NCBI GenBank assembly: GCA_001949185.1
Contig: BDGG01000014.1
Span: 369,623 to 400,439, forward strand
DNA length: 30,817 bases
Source of the DNA: Ramazzottius varieornatus
Taxonomy: Eukaryota > Animalia > Tardigrada
Direction of reading: 5' to 3'
Both the position numbers and the translations under genes were made by a program. Numbering within the stretch: position 1 is the stretch's first letter; every line of letters starts with the position of its first letter. The notes beneath the pieces are model-generated. The model worked only from the letters and a program-made list of their open reading frames with translations, did not search any database and was not told the origin of the DNA. Positions 22,362 to 30,817 of the stretch are shown piece after piece.

Positions 22362-23657
22362 CAGTGTTGTCTCAGTCTGAAAAAGATATCAGTTTTTAAA
22401 TCGGCTTCAGTTATGGTCCCGGGACTAGACTGAATCAACAGTCTAATCCCTCAGACTGAAACTGAGAGCACAGAGACAGATTCGCCCAGGCAGAGAATAA
22501 AACTAGAACGAGATGGGACTGGAACTCCTATGTGGAGACTGAAACTGATTCGGGGTGGACATCAGTCTCAGTCTGGGAATGCAACTAAAATGCACGGCAT
22601 ATCAGTTCAGTCTCTGGGACCAACAAGGGAAGTGCGGGAACGCTCTTTCCAAATCCTTGAGTTTCCGTTTTTGTTCAAAGACGGAGAAGAATCCCGGGTA
22701 CCTCTATTCCGTTTTCCGTTCCATTCCTAATTCCGCCTAGAAAATAGGAAGTCCGGTCCGTTCCGGCTGAGCCCGATTTGGAACGCTGGAATTCCGAATC
22801 GGAATACAAGGATCTGGCCGGGATTCCGCTGGTCAAAATCTGGTTCTGCGCAGCGGAATTCCCGCTTTTTGCGCCAATCGGTCAAGTTTTGGTGTCGTTT
22901 TTGCTCACTGAACAGAAGCAGAGCGAAAAAAACTCGACAAAAATTATTTCCAAGTGGCGCATATTGTCATCGTGACTGGATTCGTGCGCCACTTGGAAAC
23001 GATCTTGCTGAGCTTGTTAGAAGAGCCTAGACCGAGCTCCCGACTTGTTTTTTTCTTCTAGAACTGACGTATTGGAATTCCGATGTTTGGTTGAGCCGTT
23101 TTAGGAAACGGAAAATAGGAAAATTGGAAAATTAGGAATTCTTCTCCGAATTCCGTTACAGGAAGCAAGTCAGGCGGAATGCGTATCCTTAGCTTTATGG
23201 GGCTGCATGATGGGAAAACACCGCATCGTCAAGTCGAAAACTCTTGGAATGTGTGGCAAAGGCGTTTGAAGATTCTCTTGAGTTGAGATATATGGTACTC
23301 TGCCGATAACGATGTTTCATAGTGGTACTTTGGTACGTCCTCTGTTTTTGGAAAACGAAAGTCCGGGGATTCGAGGAGAACCCTCCCGCATTTTCCTCGG
23401 TAGTTCCAGAGACTAAAACTGATATTCTATACATTTTTGGTTTCAGTCCCCCATACTGAGACTGACATCCTTCGCGAATAAGCTTCATTCTCGGCACTAA
23501 AACCAATATCTATGAGAGATTCGATTTTATCAGTCTGATCACGACTCGGTTAGAAAGAGACCCAAGTCGAACTGAACTGATGTACTTCGGGGGTTAATTG
23601 TTAGCAGTCCGATGCGAGCTGGGACTAAATGTGGGACTGAAACCGAATACAACACTG
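22362..23657. mobile_element. ~1.3-kb fold-back / hAT-like non-autonomous element with long imperfect TIRs
   Basis: Ends CAGTGTTGT...ACAACACTG; ~22530-22700 mirrors ~23330-23500 (also seen as similar junk ORFs KLIRGGHQSQSG vs KLIREGCQSQYG); GACTGA/TCAGTC outer arrays and TTCCG/CGGAA inner arrays; no TSD seen. Confidence 0.72.
22947..22999. repeat. Perfect 15-bp stem hairpin, 23-nt loop
   Basis: TTTCCAAGTGGCGCA ... TGCGCCACTTGGAAA. Confidence 0.95.
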
Positions 23658-23899
23658 AGCACGCCTCTCAGCTCAGGGCCTAAACAGGGAACACGGGAAA
23701 CAGCATGCAAGAGGGGGAAGATATCACAACCGTACAATCGACATGAACCAATCAAGGGCTAGACCGTCAGATACAAACGGAGTTGTACATTCTTGTACCA
23801 CGCCAACCGTTTTTCTTAACTGAGCTTCGAGCTCGTAGTGCCCTCCATGAGTCATCGTAAGCAGTCATCGTCACGGAATTAAGAAAACCTGTTGTTACG

Positions 23900-24270
23900 C
23901 TGCATGCTCGATCGACATCAATCAAGCCATCCACGAAGTTGTATGTACGGCTCCATACACCGAAGTTAATTCAATGAATTTTTTAGTACAACCGCTGGCC
24001 CCTTAAGGTATAGGCGAACTTGGAACAGCATTTTGGAATCGCAGGAATTGCGATTGCTTGTACAATGGCTGTATCATATCAGTGTTGTACGATGGCGTAC
24101 GTTTCTGTGCCAGCAAGCATAGCACACAGACAACACGGCGAGTAGTTTAATCAAGTTTCGCTGAGGGAAGATGTCGGAGCAGATTGCCAAACTGCCGTGT
24201 GAATCAGCAGTTTGCGGCAATATGGGAAGCTTTTCCGGCCACCAGTCAAAACATTGTGGACATGTGTCAG
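23900..24270 (-). mobile_element. Possible decayed hAT (THAP12/ZMYM-like) transposase C-terminal remnant
   Basis: WW..KLPILPQTA...LAICSDIFPQRNLIKLLAVLSV resembles the LPxT..ALxxC..FPN..LLxILxxLPV stretch, but the ERxFS motif is absent. Confidence 0.3.
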
Positions 24271-24783
24271 TCGGAGCGATCACACGAGCGCATACGAGCT
24301 CTTCTACGTCACCCTTCACAGGCATCAAGCGTGCTGATACGTCACGTTTTGAACAGCCAGTCAAAAACTGAGCCTAAAACAACCGCCTATACCTTACGGC
24401 CAAAGCGGCGTACGGTACGAAGGTTTTGTACTAAGTCTTAATATGTACCATTCGTTCACGGACGTGAGAACATGGTAAATCAATCAATCATAACGAAGGC
24501 GGAGATCGGGGTGCTCGCAATCAAGAAGTTCGATGGACTTTTTTGAAAAGCACTCTCTGAAATGTAGATCACCCTATCACTCACCCTGTAGCCTTGACTC
24601 ATCCCAATGTCTGTTACAGAACACAATGACAGATGAAGCTCTAGATATCACAGAAGAGATCGCAGAAAGACTCCCGGTATCACAAAGGAACACCTGTTAC
24701 GCCTGAAACAGCTGATCAAGACGAACACTGTCATGACTCGACCGGAACGAGTCGCTTTCAAATCCGTACAAAGAAAACGTGTT

Positions 24784-24897
24784 GACTTTTCAAGCGCATA
24801 TAACTTTGCAAGCATACGCCACGAGAAATTTGTAGGAACTTTAAGCTTGTGACGTAGGCATGACGTATGCTAGCAAAGTTAATGCGTTAGCAAAGTT
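24784..24897. repeat. ~115-bp imperfect hairpin (~38-bp arms)
   Basis: GCGCATATAACTTTGCAAGCATACGCCACG pairs with CATGACGTATGCTAGCAAAGTTAATGCGT. Confidence 0.8.
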
Positions 24898-25849
24898 GGG
24901 ACCTTTTCTCATACTTCTGGAGATTTTCCTCGATCTAGAAATTCGCTTTTGCTGCCAGCCGTTTCGTAAACCTCTCTTTCCATTTTCCAGCCGTGCTTAT
25001 GAAGTCGTGTACCAATAATATGGTACATAGGTGAGTTATTGGTGGCTGTCCTCAAAACGCCGCAGTTCTCTTCACTGTTCCGCGATGGTCCTGAAGTCAT
25101 GTATCTTTTAAGTGAGAAAAGCAACGTTTTATTATACAGCTCGTTCGGGCCACATCGCTACCACTTGAAAAATAGCGCTTCAGAAAATCGGCAAAGATAG
25201 TCTCGCCCTGTTTCTCACGGTGCTTCATACAACGTTCCAAGCCGATTCCATGAAACCATAGCGCGTTCCAGCTCAGTGAGAGACAACCCGAGGAAAACCG
25301 GAAGTTTGACTTCTGGTTGGGAAGACGTTGTGCCAAGGAGAAACAATTATCTTACATACCCCATTTCTAAGCAGCAACTTCCAACTTCAGTTTGAAATGT
25401 GTAAAACTATTTGGTTCACCATATAAAACCGAAAACAACGACAACAAAGTCGAGAGGGTTTACAAGATAAAAGTGGAACTCGAAATTTGGCCGTTTTGCC
25501 GGGAAACCCCCTTCAACGCCAAAAGTCATAAGTTCTAATCGGGCGGTATATTTCTGATTTTAAGCATGTCGGAGGTAGCCTGGTTATTGTTCTATTTATT
25601 TTGACTCTTACAGCACAGAAAAAGCAAACAAAATCAAAAAACGATTTTTTAAAAGTGCCTAAAAAGCTGCGAAAGTTGTCGTCTTTTTCGAGGGTCTTCC
25701 GTTGTGATAAAAATTCGTCATACGGCCGTGTCTTGTACGATTTTGCCAAGTTTTGTTCTTGATATGATAGGCCATTGTTTTTGCTATCAGCCGAATGCTA
25801 TGTTCGACGCGAAAAAGTTCTGATGGAGAGAGCTCTGATTTTTAGAAGG

Positions 25850-26586
25850 TGGTAGCTATGTGGCCCGAACGGGCTGTAGATGGATGATAATTATGGTGAT
25901 ACTGTAGTATAGGGATACCATAACGTCCTTTACGTCGCAGTGGACATAGATAGCCTAGAAGGAAGCACGGTCATATACAGCATATTTGCATCATGTCGAA
26001 AGTGACTTCTGATCTTTGAAGAACGGACGGGTGCCTTCGACTTGCTCTGTCGTAATTTTTGTGGAATCAATTGATATGGCGGATGAGTGTTCATGTTCGT
26101 TGGCTGGGACATCTGTTTTGTAACGTCGAGTTACTTGAGATCTCCCCATCCTGGGTACTTGCTCCATCTGAACTCGAGGACGATAAAGGACATGTACTTG
26201 CCCGTCATAACCTTTTTCTCGAATCAAACTTCCATGTCGCCGTTGTTCATAAACAGCATCAGTATGGACTTGAGCCAAGTAGTGTAGAACCTTCAGCAAA
26301 CCGAATATTTGTGTGACTAAGCAAGGCGCAAAGTTATTGCAGGTTCGACATACCAGATTTACGAAACGAAGGCAGAAAATGTCTTGATGGTTGCACTGCA
26401 AGCGGCGTCATGAAAGCATGGTCCTCGTGCAGCATGACCCCTTGGTGCACGACCCTTCAACCGAAAACCGACGTGCAGATCTGCCGCAGCCAAGACACAA
26501 ATACGTTAGCTCTTGCTAGTACGATCCTACAGTTTATGGTTGAACATGATAGGCAGTTTGTTGGCATTGTGGAAGTAATTCTCCAT
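25850..26586 (-). pseudogene. Sulfotransferase pseudogene, paralogue of 2985-4349 (exons 1-4 only)
   Basis: MENYFHNANKLPIMFNHKL|gt ~ MENYVHNADKLPVIFKHKL|gt; QGVMLHED; SFRKSG|gtatgt; TGKY...EFRWSKYPGWGDLK*LD; THPPYQLIP; DVKDVMVSLYY. Same intron positions, with stops and frameshifts, 3'-truncated. Confidence 0.92.
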
Positions 26587-27544
26587 TACCCGCTTGCACC
26601 TGGAAAAATACAGCCCGCCCGCCCTCGACATCTAGGAAATAAGATGATATTAAATAAGTAAAACGCTCTTTGGGCGTACAGCGAAGCAGCAGCGTCTGTT
26701 GAGGAGTGTTTTGAGACCAAAATTCTGTTGCTTCGATTAGCGACTGTACCTTTTGTACCTCCATGAATCACCGATGAACAAGTTCAAATCCATGATCGCG
26801 GGCAGGAAACAGCATACTTTAGCAGTCTGGTTTACGACCGAATACATAATCTTGCCGCCGCGAGTGGGTTTAGAGTTTCCCAATCGATGCTGAAGCTGCC
26901 AGCTTGCATCCCAATCATCATCATTAACAGAGTTCCCTCTGGTCACACTATGTTTCTTCCAAAAATATCGTCGACGAAGCGAATTTCCTAGCAGCAGTTA
27001 AGACCAGTCGGCAAAGAACTTTAGCGCAACAGTGGGCAACTGGCGGCACCAACAAGCTATCAGTCTGAAAAACGATAATTGTGCGTTATAAACACAACAG
27101 TTAGAGTGGGGCAGCAAACAAATTTTTGACCAACCGATCATCAGTATCGTCCAAATGTACTTGCGCATATGTTTATTTACGTTCTTCGCTAGTTCTTGCT
27201 GAAACACCTGTTACATCTTTGTGCTTCAAAGAATGGAAGGGAACACGTTGTCTGCTTACCACATACGGATTAGCTAACCCGGTTCGTTCCTTCTCAATGA
27301 AGCTCTATTCTTTGAACTTCTCCTCTGAGACAGAGCAGTGAAATAGTGTGCAGACGACGAGATCAGATACTTTAATGTTCGGTTCTCACAAACGGTAAAA
27401 ACATCGACTTTTGCAACGAATACACTCTTGATTGCCACAAATGTCACCATATCATAGACTATCGTGTGCTTTCAATTTGCGAAGCTTCTCTATTTTCTGC
27501 AAAAGGAAAACATTTTTTTGATCTTATACTGCCTTCAAATAAGG

Positions 27545-27823
27545 ACTCAAGCTTAGAAGTACCGGAGATTGCAAGATAACTTTTTCTTCTGTCGGCATGG
27601 TTTCGAGACGTGTGGAACGTGGGGAACTGCAGTGCCGAGCCTCCTCAAAGATATCGGAAGGATGGCCGATCATACCGGGAAAAGTATTCAACATAGGATT
27701 GTTACGGCAGCGAGTGAGTATTGATGTCCCCGTGGTAATGCTCCATCTGTTTTCGGCTCTTCGCCTTTCCCGTGGGCTTCAGCAAGCTTTCTATATCTTA
27801 GAGGTGAGTAATGAGATAATATA
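27545..27823 (+). mobile_element. Truncated mirror copy of the RLE non-LTR retrotransposon 3' end
   Basis: ~99% identical to the reverse complement of 1800-2078; lacks the upstream part present at 2079-2325. Confidence 0.85.
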
Positions 27824-28042
27824 GTGATGTTTTTGCAGGCGAATCCTATAGTTTTCGTTAACGGTAATGTGAACTGGTTATTATTGGTTTTTCTTAACTT
27901 GGCGTATCTATTTTCGTAGTAGTCATGGTATAATGCATTTCAAAAAGCAATTAGCGTTGTAATCTCCAGATTACACTTTGTGCGAGTAAGTTGATATCTC
28001 CTTGCTGCTACATTGCACATGGATTTGAGAAACGAACGTAGG

Positions 28043-28242
28043 TACAAGCAGGACGAGAAATTACGGGACAGCAAAAGTTGTGGTACATGCCTTTTGGCTA
28101 CGGAGGTACGGAAGCACTAACGTATGCGACGGATTCCCAGTAATACATTTTTCGACACTTTTCTACGGTCGAATTTCCATTCTCCGTCCTTTTCGCCTGT
28201 CCGATAATTTTAACTGTACCATAATTTCTCGTCTTGCGTGTA
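28043..28242. mobile_element. Mirror copy of the TA-flanked ~200-bp MITE
   Basis: Reverse complement of 1381-1580 with about 9 substitutions. Confidence 0.8.
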
Positions 28243-28519
28243 AACATAGTAGATTATACCGACTAAAGTCTGTATTGTCTGCCGATGGGTGGTGGGCATT
28301 CTGGCCACTTCATCCCGCATCTTTTGCGGATTCTTCAACGGCCATAAGTCTTTGGTCGTGAGCCGGGCCAACTTGGCTGTATCAGAAAGTTGAGCTTTGC
28401 TCCTAACCATCCAGCTACCGGGGAAGACTGATGATAAGATCTCTGGTCCCATTACCTGTTCTAAAGAGCCTGCGAGCCATGACATTGCCCAAATAACACT
28501 GAGGATCAGTCTTCGTTTG

Positions 28520-28965
28520 CTGCAGATCATTTTCGGTTCACTGCGGGTTTAGTTCGGGTTCATGTATGCGACATATGTCTATGGGCACGGATAACACATA
28601 GCGGGTCCATGTATGGTTCATGTACAGGGTGATCAGGCCACAGTGAGTACGCTGGTAATCTGCCGACACAAAAAGCTTGGTTTTCTGGGTGTTAATAAAG
28701 GCGAACGCCAGCCTAATTTCATTCACAACCTTTAGCATCGCTTTGTAAGCAATAAACAGAACGTTTGCGTCGTGACGATGTGTCCAGTAGCTGTGCAAGT
28801 GACCGAAGTATGGACCATCCGCTACTGCTACTGCTACTGCTACTGCAGATCATTTTCGGTTCACTCGGAGTTCAGTCCGGGTTTATGTATGTGACATATA
28901 TGTCTATGGGCACGGATATCACATAGCGGGTCCATGTATGGTTCGTGTACAGGGTGATCAGGCCA
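28520..28965. repeat. Two diverged ~120-bp direct repeats (28520-28640, 28843-28965) flanking a captured gene fragment
   Basis: CTGCAGATCATTTTCGGTTCACT...TGTACAGGGTGATCAGGCCA occurs twice here and once (inverted) at 978-1098. Confidence 0.92.
28691..28829 (-). pseudogene. Captured sulfotransferase fragment (3' part of exon 4 plus start of intron 4)
   Basis: Matches 3756-3894 (AVADGPYFGHLHSYWTHRHDANVLFIAY.AMLK|gt); joined through (CTACTG)x4 at 28822-28845. Confidence 0.95.
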
Positions 28966-29221
28966 AGTGACTACCACCTGGGACTTTGGCACGGAAATGT
29001 TTCAGGCTGTTTGGTTTCGTCTCGCTCCTTCAGACAATTTGTACAACTTTTCACGCTGCTTCCATTGAGACAGAGCTTATTCGCATACATCGAGCCTTAG
29101 GTGGGAAAAGTTGATTGAAATGACTTCTGATGGGGAAGACTTTCCACCAGAAACAAAACCGGATCTCTGGAGTTTTATGTCTAAGTACTCGTCCTCACTT
29201 TAATTTCGACGGACTTACAAC

Positions 29222-29474
29222 CCGAGGTTTTCCTGTCCCATAAACCATGGCACATGAGCTACAGTAGACAGGTTACGGTCCCGCGCGCGCAGTTTGTTAG
29301 GTCAAGATCAGCTGATCGGTGAACCAAGGTAGTAGTGTGGCAGTGCCACTAATCAATCGTACACCACACACTCGGCTGGGATGACGTAGCGATCAGTCAG
29401 AATTTAAATGCGGCGAAACGCAACTTGCTCACTGTAGCTCATGGGCCATGGCCAACGGGTCAGGAAAATCTCTG
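29222..29474. mobile_element. 253-bp hAT-type MITE with 8-bp TSD
   Basis: TIR CCGAGGTTTTCCTG / CAGGAAAATCTCTG extending imperfectly ~55 bp; CTTACAAC duplicated at 29214-29221 and 29475-29482. Confidence 0.85.
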
Positions 29475-30131
29475 CTTACAACTATCTAGGTTTTCATCGA
29501 AAGCGAAAGCACTTCGCAGGAATACCATACAAACCTTGCTAATGAATTAAAACAGTCGATCTCACAGGTTTTGCTGGGAAACCGCTTCTCGTGGCAAAAA
29601 CCGTAACTCACGCTCCAGACTAAATATTCAGGCTTCGCACTACTCTTCACGTCGTTTGGCTCTGTACTAACCACTGTTACTGGTGACATCGCGAAAACTC
29701 GTCAGAAAACTGGACAAAAAATTTCGAAATTGCTTCAAAAGCCGAAAAGTTTGTTGATTCACGCGAACTCAGTTTTGCGCAAAGTCTTCTTGCAATCAAG
29801 TTCTGCTCACTGTAATCGATACAGTTCCAAGTTGGGTAGCTCATCAAGTCAGCTACCCCTTCATGCGTTCAGTTGCCGGTAAAGGATCAAGATTATTCCG
29901 AGAAATAGATATTTGAGATAATAATTTTAAATGTGCTTAATGGGCGAACAAGCGTCAGACAGCCGGCCAACCCAGCGAGCGCAGCTTCTAGGCACGCCTC
30001 ACATCAGCAGCCATCGATGCCTACTGTCCGCCACCAGCTTTCATCTTGCGCTCGCTGACAGAATTTCGTTTTTGCTTTCGCCGCGTCAGTGACAGCGTTC
30101 CGTAGCTAGGCTCGCCGACAAGGAAAGGTTT

Positions 30132-30817
30132 TACGTCCAGGGTGTAGAAAATGATATCGCTTATGCTCTGTCACTTTCTCTTGTCCTTCGCTTTCGACAG
30201 CTGGCGCCATCTGCAAACCAGCATCCAACACCATTCCCGGATCTATGGACAGAGTTGGAACCGGAGCACTGCAAGAAGCCAGCATCGACTGCGTAGTTCG
30301 ACAACTTCAGCACCATCACACTGCTCAGTCCACCCGGGCGACCTGCAACGCCGGATCTCGACGTTTCCTCCAGTTCTGCTTCTCTAACAAGTACCGTCCC
30401 CCCAAAACCATCCAGAGATTCATCGCTACACTTTCGCACAGAACATCAGCCTGTCCACCGTTCGAGTCTACCCATCCGGTATAGCGAACACCCACATCGA
30501 ACACTCCATGCCGAATCCCACCCCATCCGAAGCCATCCGAAGCCATCCGAAGCCATCCAAAGCGTCCTAAACGGTTACAAGCGAATGACTTTCCGGAAGG
30601 ACGACCAACGCCTTCCCGACACTCTCAGCCTGATGCGCCACCGGAAGGACAAGATGGCAGCTACCGACCTCAGCGACCAGGACAAGACCATGTACTGGTC
30701 GGCCTGCACCATTTCGTTTTTCGGGGCTCTTCGCATCGGTGAGTATACCAGTCCGTCACCAAAGTCCTACACTCCTCACCGAACGCTATCTCTCTCCGAC
30801 GTCCAGCTCGACAAAGA
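30132..30817 (+). mobile_element. Decayed DIRS/Ngaro-type retrotransposon: RNase H tail overlapping the tyrosine recombinase ORF (runs off the window)
   Basis: YVQGVENDIAYALS..RFRQLAPSANQHPTPFP; overlapping frame STRATCNAGSRRFLQFC, SLSTVRVYPSGI..HI..PNPT, VLNGYKR, RLP, MYWSACTISFFGALRIGE (catalytic Arg box I), LSLSDV. Two frameshifts. Confidence 0.9.

Larger units (their letters stand above)
27545..30563. repeat. Right arm of large inverted duplication (with two extra segments, ~28641-28965 and 29218-29836)
   Basis: Collinear reverse complement of 1-2078 apart from two large indels (~325 and 619 bp). Confidence 0.97.

Noticed and set aside
1-30817. Starship-like giant transposon with a YR captain
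   Set aside because: The YR is retroelement-type, frameshifted, preceded by RNase H and points outward at both ends; no intact inward-facing recombinase and no defined termini are visible.

Overview
Eukaryotic, intron-containing genomic DNA: short GT-AG introns, about 47% GC by eye, one 50-N gap. An invertebrate such as a tardigrade is my inference from intron size and the type of ANF-receptor paralogues. The window is bracketed by a large inverted duplication (1-2078 vs 27545-30563). Its arms are mosaics of transposon debris: a decayed DIRS/Ngaro-type RNase H + tyrosine recombinase fragment, a MITE and the 3' end of an RLE-type non-LTR retrotransposon. Just inside the arms, in mirror positions, sit an intact 6-exon cytosolic sulfotransferase (+) and a much more diverged sulfotransferase pseudogene (-). 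The right arm also carries a captured sulfotransferase exon fragment between two ~120-bp direct repeats, which the left arm appears to have lost by recombination. The interior holds an SLC22 transporter pseudogene, an apparently intact 12-exon single-pass ANF-receptor-like gene that lacks kinase and cyclase domains, one clear and one probable pseudogene of that receptor, and many fold-back/MITE elements. All protein assignments come from manual translation and motif recognition, not database searches.
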